A DNA stretch of 36,716 nucleotides from assembly GCA_046482545.1 (NCBI GenBank), contig JAWOEX010000001.1, forward strand, positions 1-36,716, read 5' to 3'. The number at the start of each line of letters is the position of its first letter. Position 1 is the first letter of the stretch. Positions 19,001 through 26,058 of the stretch are shown piece by piece. The notes under the pieces are model-generated. The model was given only the letters and a program-made list of their open reading frames with translations. It was not told the origin of the DNA and made no database searches. Position numbers and translations under genes: made by a program. Source of the DNA: Candidatus Thorarchaeota archaeon. GTDB taxonomy: Archaea > Asgardarchaeota > Thorarchaeia > Thorarchaeales > Thorarchaeaceae.

Positions 19001-20867
19001 ACCCCATTGAGCCAGAACCGAACGTCCAGTTGTAATAAGCAGTACCACCGGATATCCCTAAACCCGTCTCAAGATCAACAAAGCGAATTCTGACCGAGAC
19101 TGGGTCTCCTCTATATGTCTGATACACTGCTGATTCTACTTCTATCGTGGTGTGGTGATTGATTGTGAACTGACTTTCTATCTCTCCCACTGCAGTACCG
19201 TTACTCCAAGATGCCGATACAACTATTGAACCTGGAAGCCAGCTTGGTAGAACAGTGATATTTGAGTTATCTGTCCCATTCTGGAAAGTGCAAATGCCGT
19301 CTACGTCAAGTGATTCATCTGCTTCAGCATATATGAGTGAATTCTCAGAATCGTAGAAACTCAGACTCGCATTCCCTTCCGTTGCAGGCGGATTTCCGAG
19401 GCTATCACTGAAACTTGTGTTGATCCTCATTCTGGAATCTGGATAGTAGGTACTTGCTTCGTACCACCCATCATTTTCTCCCTTCCAGAATGAGATTGTA
19501 CTTCCATAGTTCGGAGACGTCGAACTAATCTCCCACTGTCCATAGTGCGGTGTACCGCTTTCCCCAGTTCCAGCAACATCACAACTGAGTACACTTGTGG
19601 TTTCATCATAGCTCGCATTGTATTCGGTTGAATCATTTAGTTGCACTATATCGAAACCATCTAGCACTTCTACTGGTGTCCAATCGTCAGGCATTGATAC
19701 GTTGAAGTGTCTGTAGATGAACGGGTCACCCATCTCACCAACAAAGAAGTCAGAATCCCAGCTCACATTCGTCTCGGATGCTATACTGTATGTATTAGAA
19801 TCCAATTCTGTAAGTCGAGTTATTGGAGCGAATAAATCTAGTGTGAATTCTGTACCTGATTCATTAGCCAGGAATTCCAGTGTAATCTCATCGTTCCATG
19901 AGCCGTCGAGCGTAGCGTGTCCCTTGCCATCTTCTCCGAATGTGAACGGAACAACGTTGGATATATTGTTGTTATCCCGTACTCTTAGGTTTACGGCCTC
20001 GGGTTTCTGAGAAGTTCTCAGTGTCAAACTTACGTCATCACAATACAATACACCATCAGTTTGGAATTGAGTGTCAGCAAAACCTCGTATCCCGAATGCA
20101 ATATCCAAATCCCCTGGAAATGTATAGTCTGTTGGGTCTAATTCGAGTGAATACTCCTTCCAGTCTTGGTTAGATGAGAATCGGTTACCTTCTGTTGGCA
20201 GTTCATAAAGACTCCCGTTGACATAGACATACGGCATTGCATTTTGACCGTTCTGACCGGTTGAGGTAGTTATACGAAATGTCACATTTAGGTGTGCAGA
20301 AGCTGTCCCGCCTTCGTCTATGTTAACCGTCTGGTTCCAAGAACCCCAGTGGTCATAGCCTATATTTCCTCCAGATTTTCTCGTAATTCTGATCATCTCA
20401 TCTTCATACTCCTCAGACAATACGTTCTTCGGATCGACTTCATATTTATTCCAGCCAGATATGGTTGAAAACTGACCATTTGTAACCCAGTCTTGAAGAT
20501 GGTACATTTCAGAACTGGAAGCAGTAATCTGAGTAGTAGTCCAACCAGTCGGGAGGTCATATGTTTCAGGATAGAATGTGTTACTTTCATTAGCTCTCGC
20601 TGTTCTCGGGTTGTATTGCCCTTCTGAGTACTCGATTACTGATAGAAGGCTGCCGCTGCCCGAGGCAGATACAGAGGAGCGGTCAACCATCTGGTCTTCT
20701 ATCTGTTCAATGCTTACAGGATCGGCATTGTAATCCTTTGGTGTCGTTGATTTTTCACCCTCTCCAACGGAGAACAGCTTTTGATTCATGCTGCCAAGGA
20801 AAATTGGTGCACAAAACACTAGGATCACTACTAAGACGCATCTATGATACTTCTTCATTGAAAACAC
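7035..20867 (-). CDS. Giant (4610 aa) single-pass cell-surface protein with tandem Ig-like beta repeats
   Basis: Signal peptide (MKKY..VLVVILVFC; ATG 20858 is a likely start). Tens of ~100-115 aa repeats (T-x-L..G-x-N-x-T..Y-x-D-x-D..G-x-Y..T..G-x-Y), many N-x-S/T sequons, a C-terminal TM helix (~7570-7645) and a charged cytoplasmic tail. Confidence 0.9.
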   Translation of the reverse strand: MFSMKKYHRCVLVVILVFCAPIFLGSMNQKLFSVGEGEKSTTPKDYNADPVSIEQIEDQMVDRSSVSASGSGSLLSVIEYSEGQYNPRTARANESNTFYPETYDLPTGWTTTQITASSSEMYHLQDWVTNGQFSTISGWNKYEVDPKNVLSEEYEDEMIRITRKSGGNIGYDHWGSWNQTVNIDEGGTASAHLNVTFRITTSTGQNGQNAMPYVYVNGSLYELPTEGNRFSSNQDWKEYSLELDPTDYTFPGDLDIAFGIRGFADTQFQTDGVLYCDDVSLTLRTSQKPEAVNLRVRDNNNISNVVPFTFGEDGKGHATLDGSWNDEITLEFLANESGTEFTLDLFAPITRLTELDSNTYSIASETNVSWDSDFFVGEMGDPFIYRHFNVSMPDDWTPVEVLDGFDIVQLNDSTEYNASYDETTSVLSCDVAGTGESGTPHYGQWEISSTSPNYGSTISFWKGENDGWYEASTYYPDSRMRINTSFSDSLGNPPATEGNASLSFYDSENSLIYAEADESLDVDGICTFQNGTDNSNITVLPSWLPGSIVVSASWSNGTAVGEIESQFTINHHTTIEVESAVYQTYRGDPVSVRIRFVDLETGLGISGGTAYYNWTFGSGSMGYAGNGWYAGSLDTSLASIGTYDITTNVTKEYYDFVETTSISVEVQERTHLIVHLGDRRERVDYDIAWGNSKQIALSYDDEVAMKPSQLTANPGLPNDPEEDAAYSSNNDYVNISSEGAEISLTGETNITDYGLSASDMVSLTYKVEGHYNTSGVSGLVEVYNYSSANWMSIITDYSSTEDVTKTWRTLSASQFVSPLGLVRIRINATHTTDFQYNLDFLGFVAARPIDNTAPEVAVEIDWAEQTGGSLVGPEYNSTLGFWQVTLNTRGVEPGEYTMNVLCSATGHQTQSKELSVTVRAHHTGVSTFPSRETPWGNSTEFNLTIQDLDNASQIIDQSNFSRIELTSSYGVEIFTSENWTYNTGSEAAFIVFTLDTNAWNVGTYAITIDVYTEGDGASKFFEDGSVDVDFTVRAHDTMATVYHPDESPWGWKTNVSLTLKDLDHPNNQIGPGNISQISVGSQTFGASDWIFSDGVFTVTVDTRSWAIGSGVYDVSIVTTSGPKLYADASGEITITIRSHLLQLSVRTPQPTPWGMNTTIVMEITDLDNSSLVVSESNLSSVEIGNQTFTSSSWTYEQKEGYAQLTVIYDTTSWPIQDQVRENVQLYSAGSGSTKYYDDADSDVFLSIRRHNLLVTAQTQEVNTPWGSNTTVLVYLSDLDNSNQVISESNISYLLIGSENFTASKWTYSVVDTQARLVVDLYTENWMVDSSSLNVSLVTTDSNDTKFYTDDETTVNITIRAHKTQLTFSPVSPRGWGKNTTVDVTITDLDNESNVVPLAQIDFLTVNGTTYTSSDFSYDAGTFSLTLYTADKSIGKYLFVFEVSFVDPIKNYTDSSTTGSVSIVSHSISVEAIRPASTPWSDNTSVRIRIFDISDSSTIISSDNVTKIVIDGQEITTWAYDNGNFTVIVDTDDWNVGLFSKQVEVLTSGSGQTKFFNDGEASLTIEIRRRYTEAYAPAPDPVPYRDNLTFEITFRDRDLDGLEVNFSSLYLNDTQYENGTDFWVTWLSEGHYRVKMNTSNLDIGDYTIVAMCVRDGYENATTTVRFTVRYIETNVLASGYNFNVPLDTNLTFTLQFKDVDHDINVENATIAHNWTEGVEISDDDNDGIYDIKLLTFDNTTLGTYTVEFNVTRQNYESGSVEITVKIEAHSTYLTFDEPVTDTGYGVNITAAMFYQDLSLSKGITNDTGQVQVDVENEYNTSAIWYVEPNTDLGDGHYKVLIPADQFGGTGQYNFTVYFNWTGSLKYQNLTESFTVEITGTDTDLTVAVSPQAVYYGDLINFTLLYKIAETGEGIINDTGDVWGRAEMLTSGQPVTSSDFNITEVDRNEFPGHYRILLNSSRLTTCGEMGIRLWMNWSKNVNPLYQNQTLDITVTILVRTTLVDVTPPQNTAYDEIAEFSFAYYDSPTNTKIENSTELYVQLNNLGVDYNKSYSSSTRKWTITVDTASLGSTGTFSLELNITWTGPPFYQNQTKSVSLKITERPTQLTYTAPVPTFYNSNVTFSLTYTDLIDDTSIGMDGNNISITNPNLTLSGNYTVVDNGDGTYTVELNTTAFLEPGSYQLTATATYLGSRYESDASTTFTFKVKYRSLVLTSDPAGSTPYEEDIELTIHITDGETTDIVRNSTSGLHIGLAGENASNPDLGEPTAYWDENLNAYRFILPNSLEVGTHALFINVTYDYIIPYYGSSELQVSITISRHSTELQLYSAPESTGYGLNATFELKYLDLSTGETITNASLVVVNGSLTGSWMITDNGEGIYTVEVNTSALDSIGNVWVKIETQNSGELGNYKNATIYTKIYVRHRYTLLTYDPISSVGYTDNVTVILQYADSDNDGAAIDNTTYEGAITLTTNSSEYYVSPSATPGEYILEMPASQFTPFVVTDIEINMTFSGAPFFQNQSISVGFEVRGTQTEFSWDPLDPVPFGNQANLTFYWGDSDSGDPVDVVLGDNATATVVSLDQVGLNTSDSAIIDIVQGADTGTYATFFLLLNTTYLDACGTYRFEITLNWTYPDQEPYYQDQIDRRVSIHVRVRDTAISQIKADPVPYGDNLTLFLQYVDLDNESQLVTGAPLNITVLGGYTYSVNYTPTAEDFYTVEIMTKETDMLGVNSIDLEVIWSGTPFYENQTDVSVSVTIEYRIANMDIDFPLPVSYLEDVNFSFVLQDSHSLEYINNNASYISVEILLPEGASGTPTVEYLSGTDGQYGVSFNTSSLGSVGSYKVRVVFNHTTTGPYYSLVSRNVTGTVDERTTTLDYSSVPGVAYGNFMTFNLTYLDIDSDPADPISSAELYLSCATSAEDLVQDSNFWFTYLGDGDYLLNISTEALGEPNKYYLEVKLNSTSEWWLSDGSRSIQVRVEHRNVELSIEPPQSVYYADKVSFTVTLIDLDNGTDGTGLENMQQNLSVTFTQPEDVDDSAISIVDMGSGNYNVSFDTGILGELSDYGLDIRFIYPNTPYYWANTTTRSITGRVLQRPTQMIYEVQGRTPYLNNVTITFYFEGVENSTGVPGVNFTLISTDANESLVKQINYWVEDHGAGDYTARIDSTALGNIGKFSVDVSAEYYGEPFYANRSKSLTVQVRERATRLTYVVPPETPYSDDMTVELEYTDVDAGLTGITDAESYFSLDAVNGTPVDSSYYSISSTSEGQYELRVNTSKLETIGHYILTISVSGMTESHYQNQTVLIDSDVRARNTQLTTAPIAQTSYSDNATVTFYFEDRDSEEPVTNTTEEGIRITTNISVPWWIEETEPGKFVMSINVTALNATGQFTFQASFNWVLGAPFYSNRSLDFDVSVTGANAILTYTPPAHTPHGDNITIEFEYRDSVNDKGISNESGNVFISFTTLNETTGQELVYTLDYPDAGVYSFTINSSQFDYVGDVYFEIDVVWNETAIPYYPAINDTGIRATVRNVYTQVTTDAPDPGIVPVGDNVSIRVAYLDLDHDLMISNASIETSWTYGWSYKELSDGSLNVTLETDGVPSVGKYQIQFTLNKSFYAIKDTTVSITIRFISTSASATPPEPGIVPVGDNVTLELSYRDTDHEINVTQANLSTDWDYGWNWTHGSTGGFLVTLFTENVNTLSYEVTFTATKDLHSDAGAKVKFRVREIRTSMSIDSDTSGVAGQNVSVIVEYEDIDHDILVVGAEIYTNPSTPEAIFSPTGDGKYNVTFLLWESPYGTYTYDISADAEDYSGASLTVDIDLKQVITRLEPESTAVTLNWSDPFHLAVWYQQEYPEVPVENATVTATLKGEVFNLDFDGTTYNGTINTSFVDIGTHTVTVNANKTNYESRMLQITLVLSVLETDLCTADEQYSYSISSGEPVNLTVHYCVDTNDTGIEDATISYLWDYGEGVLTATETPGVYTTTINTTGAEVNVYTLYVRANKSNHAQASLYLSLDVKLVETNLIPIGEATVRAVYGEEVHLNLNFTDEKSGVPVSNANTRFRFGDANYNGTLTETEPGIYEGSFDSSLFRAGSFSIYVVASKPGYETGTAIILAEISPIQSVLSPLNTTLTIVHQQSATFWFNFSDQYYNRSIENATLEFRWISGRGNAEQIGNGLYSLALDSNDVGPGVYDVLVSASKSNYITRTTSVTLEVSKIPTEVIVADLYEIPVGDSYTISAFYNDTYYDEPVSTAVGSFTWSFGVIALNSTEEGNYSVAIPDNIPLGTYSAQIELSKTNYTTATARVTVIVRRIKTELSPSDPYIQTIVGETIQFSVDFLDIDHDLPISDAQIVVEQAELLIKEEDYTITEGDEKGTYIIEFVVPVDYSFDITIRASKGNNYESQEVTITVVATPQTQDPLMTALTLGGSASIILLLIGALLYVKVFSVPKMIRWLNGMIKDVSRGKVPDAPEVSRRDEMLQNMINESLSVYNIQKPIDEVPEETIISEAPEIEDLLDELAEITGLTEEDVDAFRQDLFRMKPSERPGFVMEVITQEKARRAEEISEKKDEEEKKETVTKQELADIRERLEKLGIAEDEIDLIMENAEGLTKAEIDVLLDGMD

Positions 20868-21214
20868 TGACCTCTTCTCTAACGGACAGTTTCATGTATG
20901 TCCGATGATTTTGTGATGTCGCGGCTGGCCGGATAGTTATCCATTCTATCCGTTCGTATGTAACATCAGTACACAATATTCAAATCATTGAAATTTAAGC
21001 GGTTTTGCGATGTCCATCTTTCTATTTTTCAAAGACCGTTCCGTGTAGATAGCACTTGGAAATGAAGAAAACCCGAGATGGAAGGGGTCAATAGACCGGC
21101 TACCGGCTCTCAGAAGAACTCCCAATCGACTTTCGCTACGTCGTTTATACTCTGTCAAATTTTCATGTATGCCCTAAACAGAAGGAATCCAAACAATAAG
21201 ACGGGCGCCTTCTG

Positions 21215-21450
21215 ACCTCTTCATCAAGTCTCATAGCATCTTGAAGCGCCTTGTCAACAAGATTCTTTGAGGAGTCCGTGAGTATTTTGTCCGATTTCAT
21301 TCCTTGAATTTCATGTGATTTGTATCTGGTAAGATGAGTGGTTGATTGACTGACATAGGTGAAAGCGAGGTCCATATCTACAGCTCAGAATACATCATCT
21401 GTTTGATCCGTCCAAACAAGGGTTGTTTTGCTGACTTGCTCACTATTCTC
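21215..21450 (-). pseudogene. Decayed PAS-domain gene fragment
   Basis: Reading through TGA at 21385-21387 gives LVWTDQTDDVF*AVDMDLAFTYVSQSTTHLTRYKSHEIQGM..KILTDSS, which resembles the PAS pattern D-V-I-W-x-x-D..F-T-Y-V-S-P-S..G-Y..E-I-x-G. Confidence 0.65.
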
Positions 21451-21640
21451 CGTGGCTTTCTTTACGGGTAGGCCTTCTCAGAACACAGAGATACAGGCCG
21501 GTGTTTGGTGTTATCAGGTCTCTATTATGATATAAAATAAAGATGTTAACATGCATCCCATGTCTCTGTCAGTGCCAACCAATCAATATCTCTTTTGTGT
21601 AAAGATGGAAACCCTCATGTTTTCCAGTTCAAGAAAAGGC

Positions 21641-21708
21641 AAATCTTACAAAAATCCTAAAAAATCGGAGTGAAAATGTGTAAGATTTGTGTAAAACTTC
21701 TTGAAAGT
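21641..21708. repeat. Left-end ~11-bp-phased repeat array (copy 2)
   Basis: aaatcttaca 21641, aaatcctaaa 21652, then tgtaagattt 21679, tgtaaaactt 21690. Confidence 0.7.
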
Positions 21709-21734
21709 ACTATTTTCACGTCGAACGAGGGGAC

Positions 21735-21741
21735 CTTATTA
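21735..21741 (+). promoter_or_regulatory. Putative TATA box for the element RNA (copy 2)
   Basis: CTTATTA in the same context and at the same spacing as in copy 1. Confidence 0.55.
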
Positions 21742-21764
21742 GGCCCAATATGAGACTTGATTTC

Positions 21765-22204
21765 AGTAGGACTAGGGCGGTGGGCCACTCCCCCACGGGA
21801 GAAGCGCCCAGCCCCGAAGGCTGTGAGGAAGACCCCGTCTTCTAAGCAGAAGTCCCCACTCTCCCGCAACGGTTCTCCATCAGACCGGGGAGAGTCTGCG
21901 GCTGTTCACCTTGTCTGTAATGGGCCATCTCGGCGGCGGTGACAATGTTGAGGTGGGTGATCATGACCACGCCGTGGCAAGAACTGTGGAAGACCTCGCT
22001 GTCACCGGGAGTGATGTCCCGGGATGACGACAGGAGGAGGAAGCCAGGACCGCAGGAGGAACCCTGTTCCGATGAACGCGGACAAAGCCCCTGCTGACTC
22101 ACGGGCCTACGGGTACCGTGGGAGCGGTGACGCTGGCAGGGGAAGGGTGGAACACAGAAGTTTCCGCAGTTGGGTTCACTCACTCAACTGTAAGAAATGG
22201 GTTA
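21765..22204 (+). ncRNA. Large structured ncRNA of unknown family, copy 2
   Basis: Same stems as copy 1 with compensatory changes; the 3' half is nearly identical. Confidence 0.8.
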
Positions 22205-22229
22205 TCAAGAGAATCAGATTCTCGATATA

Positions 22230-23774
22230 TCAACGGTTGGGCAAATCCTCTGGATTCAACACAAAATAGAAAGTCGCCCCCTGACCGGGTTTGCTTTCAG
22301 CCCAGATATCTCCGGAATGAGCTTCTATGATTTTCTGAGCGATGGATAGTCCAATACCGCTACCCGAATAATTCCCGTTGTGAGCCGTTACAAATGGATC
22401 AAATACGTCTCCTAGCCGTTCCCTCTCAAACCCGATTCCGTTGTCCTTTATGTAGTAAACACTGTTATCATTATCCCGAGATACGCCAGCTCGGATCACC
22501 GGGTTATCTGTGTTCTGAGAATACTTGAAGGCATTAGATAGCAGATTGTGAATCAGTATACGGACTAGCCCCTTATCTGCATTGACTATCATATTCTCCT
22601 GCACTTCGACCTCAACCGAGATGTCTTTCCATCCTTCTTGAACCAAGTCTGCTTCTTCACGAATCAACTTACTCAGGTTGAATGGGGCTCTATCTAATTC
22701 ACCTTTGGATATAGATGCTAGCCGTAAAAGGTCAGAAAGGAGATCGGATAGATTCTCTATACTGTTTCTCATTGTATCTAGGTGACGGCATGTGAATTCA
22801 GAATCCTTACACTCCTCCCTCATCACTTCGACAGACATGTTCAATACTTGGAGTGGGCTTCGAAGGTCATGCGAGACCATACCCACAAATGCTTCTAATT
22901 CCTTGTTTACTCGTTGTAATGCAGCTGCTTTCTTACTTGCTCGAAGCTGGGTTAGTTTGAGCTCTCTAAACAAGGTAGAAAAAGGATTCACGAGGCTTCC
23001 ACGAACCACGGCGAGATAGAACAAATAGAATGAGATGAATTTGAATATGTGGCCGAGCATATTGGATATCCCGTACACGTCAGTGTAGAGAGTAAAAGAA
23101 AGTTCAGATCCGATCGTAAAAATCAGTGCACCCATGAGAATTCTTCGGAATTCTTCAGCAAAATGAGATTTGTCTCTGCTATAGAGGTAGATTGATACAG
23201 CTAGTAAGAATATGATGGCATACTCCGAATACACCTTGAACACTGTCAAGCCCTCCCCTTCAATATAACAATCTGGAAACGGACCTGTGAAAATTGACCA
23301 AATCATTATTGCTGTTGTAGTGGAGTAGAATGCAAATAGATGCCTATTGCTGATTGTTTTATCTTTGAGAACAATGGCAACAAGTAACGATGCAGACTCC
23401 AAGAAACGTGCTGCAATCCATAACTCAGTGGGAAGATTGGCACCGTAGGCTGGGAATACCCCCATCCCTTTGTATGCGAGGGTGTGAATGAAATCTATGA
23501 AGCCTGTGTGGAGAAACGCAACTCCCATTACCATAAAATAGCCTGAATCCACCATTTTACGAGCATTCCATACTATTGAGAAGATGATCCATGCAATGGC
23601 TACACTGAAAATCTCAACGAATCCGTGAAATAGGAGATATCCATGGAATCTGCTCAATGTGATTGCAGTCACACCAAGAAGAAGAAATATCAAATGCCTG
23701 TGAGATATTACCGAGTTAGCTTCAGAATGGAGATTCAACCGACCTTTTGTCATTCTTGTTGATTTCCTCTTCAT
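22230..23774 (-). CDS. MASE3-domain sensor histidine kinase (HisKA + HATPase_c)
   Basis: YLLFHGFVEIFS..DFIHTLAYKGMGVF..LWIAARFLES (MASE3), H box SHDLRSPL, N box NLLSNAFKY, G1 DNGIG, G2 GSGIGL. Confidence 0.93.
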   Translation of the reverse strand: MKRKSTRMTKGRLNLHSEANSVISHRHLIFLLLGVTAITLSRFHGYLLFHGFVEIFSVAIAWIIFSIVWNARKMVDSGYFMVMGVAFLHTGFIDFIHTLAYKGMGVFPAYGANLPTELWIAARFLESASLLVAIVLKDKTISNRHLFAFYSTTTAIMIWSIFTGPFPDCYIEGEGLTVFKVYSEYAIIFLLAVSIYLYSRDKSHFAEEFRRILMGALIFTIGSELSFTLYTDVYGISNMLGHIFKFISFYLFYLAVVRGSLVNPFSTLFRELKLTQLRASKKAAALQRVNKELEAFVGMVSHDLRSPLQVLNMSVEVMREECKDSEFTCRHLDTMRNSIENLSDLLSDLLRLASISKGELDRAPFNLSKLIREEADLVQEGWKDISVEVEVQENMIVNADKGLVRILIHNLLSNAFKYSQNTDNPVIRAGVSRDNDNSVYYIKDNGIGFERERLGDVFDPFVTAHNGNYSGSGIGLSIAQKIIEAHSGDIWAESKPGQGATFYFVLNPEDLPNR

Positions 23775-24316
23775 CTTGTTGTCATGAACGATGGAAATCC
23801 GCCCACAATACTACCATTCGGTGGCTACAGCTTAGTTCATTTCCTCCCATAGTTTACTTTTATTCTTTATTCATGATAAGTTTTTGTGGTTACTTGGTTT
23901 TTTAGCGATTCTTAGGATTGGAGATACCTTTTGGATCGCCCAGTTATAGCAGCTATTCTCATAGTATTCTGGTTACTACACTGATTCAGCCTTTCGGCTG
24001 TATGGTATTTCTGAACGAGGGAGTGCGAACCTCAATAAGAAATTGTTCCTCTCTCATACTCTCAAGAACATCTGGAGTAGGTGGTGGCCAGACTATATGC
24101 AGGGTACTGGTAGGAGGGGGGAGTTTCCCGCATGATTGCGGGTATGAGGGCATGTTACAGAAAATAGGACCCTGGATACCACCTGACCACCAAGGTATAG
24201 TACTCTTTGCTACTTAATAAGGTATACTATTGTATTGCATATGTATCAAGTTTGAAAGAGCATCTTCCTATGAATAAGAAGTACTGGATGACTCCTGGAA
24301 ATAGCGAGTATCCTTA

Positions 24317-24688
24317 CTAGCGGGGAAGGGGAATTTCTGCTTCGTATTCATTGCCACATGCACATCTCAAGCTTACTTTCCACCGTTCAGGTAAGACTAC
24401 ATCAAACTCATCAACGATCTCTTCCACATTGTCTTTAACTGCGGCAAGGATGTCCACATATGTTTTTGCGAGGCCGTATAGCTCCGTCTTGAAATCGAGA
24501 TCGGTTAAGAAGTAATGAAGCCCCTGCTGGCACTGCGGGCATATCGTAGCTAGGATATGCGTCATATCGCCGCATTTCTCACAGACAATATCGTGTTGGC
24601 TTATCTCAGGGGCAATTGTAGCATCTACTACCGCTTTATTCGAGTAACCGCATAGATGACAGTGAACGTGGATTTCTCTTCGAGCCAT
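24317..24688 (-). CDS. Multi-Cys Zn-finger hypothetical protein
   Basis: CHLCG, CEKCG, CPQCQ and CACG motifs; likely start at MARRE. Confidence 0.7.
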   Translation of the reverse strand: MARREIHVHCHLCGYSNKAVVDATIAPEISQHDIVCEKCGDMTHILATICPQCQQGLHYFLTDLDFKTELYGLAKTYVDILAAVKDNVEEIVDEFDVVLPERWKVSLRCACGNEYEAEIPLPR

Positions 24689-24887
24689 ACAATCGCATAT
24701 CCTGTATTGTAGGAACATCAGAGTTTCCTAAAAATGTAGTGTGTATCATATTACCAAAGATGGATACCCCGGTGCGGACAATGGAGCGGACTGGATCAAC
24801 TAGAGGACCATATGCAAATGAAATCCAAAGTGCGTTCCGTACCATGGAATTAATTGTTGAACTTCCGGGGTGAGTTATCTCCGGCTG

Positions 24888-25130
24888 CTAACGTTTACTT
24901 ACTTTCAGAGCATGCAGGACATTGGTATTACCTAGTTGTTCAACTTCAGCGACGACTTGGTCGCCAATGTCCAGCGACTCGAACTCAGTGTAAGAATCTA
25001 TTTTCACTCGGATGTGCTCTTTCGCTTCGTTCTCTATGCTTATGAAACCATATTTGAAGCGTTTATCCCCAAATTCTCCTAACTGCGCTGACACTATCGG
25101 ACCTTCAATTGTCTTAGACATCGGCTTCAC
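24888..25130 (-). CDS. Small hypothetical protein, possibly OB-fold
   Basis: 80 aa with a beta-rich pattern (KTIEGPIV..YGFISIE..LDIGDQVVAEV) and natural composition. Confidence 0.6.
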   Translation of the reverse strand: MKPMSKTIEGPIVSAQLGEFGDKRFKYGFISIENEAKEHIRVKIDSYTEFESLDIGDQVVAEVEQLGNTNVLHALKVSKR

Positions 25131-25325
25131 CTGTATTTACCATGGCTCTTATCCTTTTGATTTCTTGCTTAGATACCTTTTCGAGTTCAGCTCGACCATG
25201 GAGTCGACTATAATGCTAGTTAAGGGTGCCTTATATGAAGCTATCCATCATCGTGACCCTTTTCATGAAAGCTGGAAACCGTTAAATGGTCGAACAACCT
25301 ATCTTGACTATCATCAAGGAGGACT

Positions 25326-26039
25326 ATGTTATTGCCAGATGAGAAAACCAGAGAAATCGCGTCCTCAGCTGACATGCTTTCAATGCAAGTTTATGGTGGA
25401 ACAGAGACTGAAATACTGGATTCTCTCAAGAGTTTGATGACCCACGACGAAGAAATTCAATCCAATCAGACCTGGGTGAACGTTGGAGCTTTGAAAGGTT
25501 TGGCGTTCTTCTTTGAGGGTGGAGTAGAGAGCGCTGGCGGATTGATTGGGCTCGTTATAATGTTTATTCTGCTTGGCGTAGTACTGATTGCATTTGCAAT
25601 CTGGCAGATTGTCATCTTCTTCATTGTCATAGTAGCTCTGACTCTGTTTAGTGGCGGTGCTGCATTGAAGTATCTGAAGGGTACCTATCTGACTGTACCA
25701 TCAAGTTCTTTGACAAATGAGAACTTGGTAGTCTTCTTTGAGGAACAGCTTTCCTCTGGAAGATTCGCTACTCTTAGCGATGGTATGGATTATACTGAGC
25801 AGCCTGAGGTGGTACGTAAGTCGGGCCGGGCCACAAGGATTTTCCGTCTTGGAATCCACATGGCTCTTGCAGTAGCAACAATCCTCCTGATATTTGAGCT
25901 CGTAGGATTCTTTCTCCTTGGTGGTTGGATTACTGAAACGTCCTTCTTGATTCTACACAGCGTAGCGTTTCTGATAGGAATAGCAATAATGGATGCTGGG
26001 GTTATTCTCCGGCATAGGCTAGTAGCCAAAGAAGATTAG
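25326..26039 (+). CDS. Hypothetical membrane protein
   Basis: About 4 TM segments; AGGAGG precedes the ATG. Confidence 0.7.
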   Translation: MLLPDEKTREIASSADMLSMQVYGGTETEILDSLKSLMTHDEEIQSNQTWVNVGALKGLAFFFEGGVESAGGLIGLVIMFILLGVVLIAFAIWQIVIFFIVIVALTLFSGGAALKYLKGTYLTVPSSSLTNENLVVFFEEQLSSGRFATLSDGMDYTEQPEVVRKSGRATRIFRLGIHMALAVATILLIFELVGFFLLGGWITETSFLILHSVAFLIGIAIMDAGVILRHRLVAKED

Positions 26040-26058
26040 TCATCTTTCATTAGCGGCT

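Larger units (their letters stand above)
21629..22210 (+). mobile_element. Non-autonomous insertion element, copy 2, flanked by TCAAGA direct repeats
   Basis: TCAAGA at 21629-21634 and 22205-22210. Colinear with copy 1. Intergenic, 19 bp from the stop of the MASE3 kinase gene. Confidence 0.9.

Noticed and set aside
7042-20590. Many short ORFs antisense or out of frame within the giant gene and the metabolic genes
   Set aside because: These are shadow ORFs of well-supported genes.
21385-21387. In-frame TGA as possible selenocysteine
   Set aside because: The position corresponds to a PAS Trp rather than a Cys, the surrounding frame is degraded, and no SECIS was seen.
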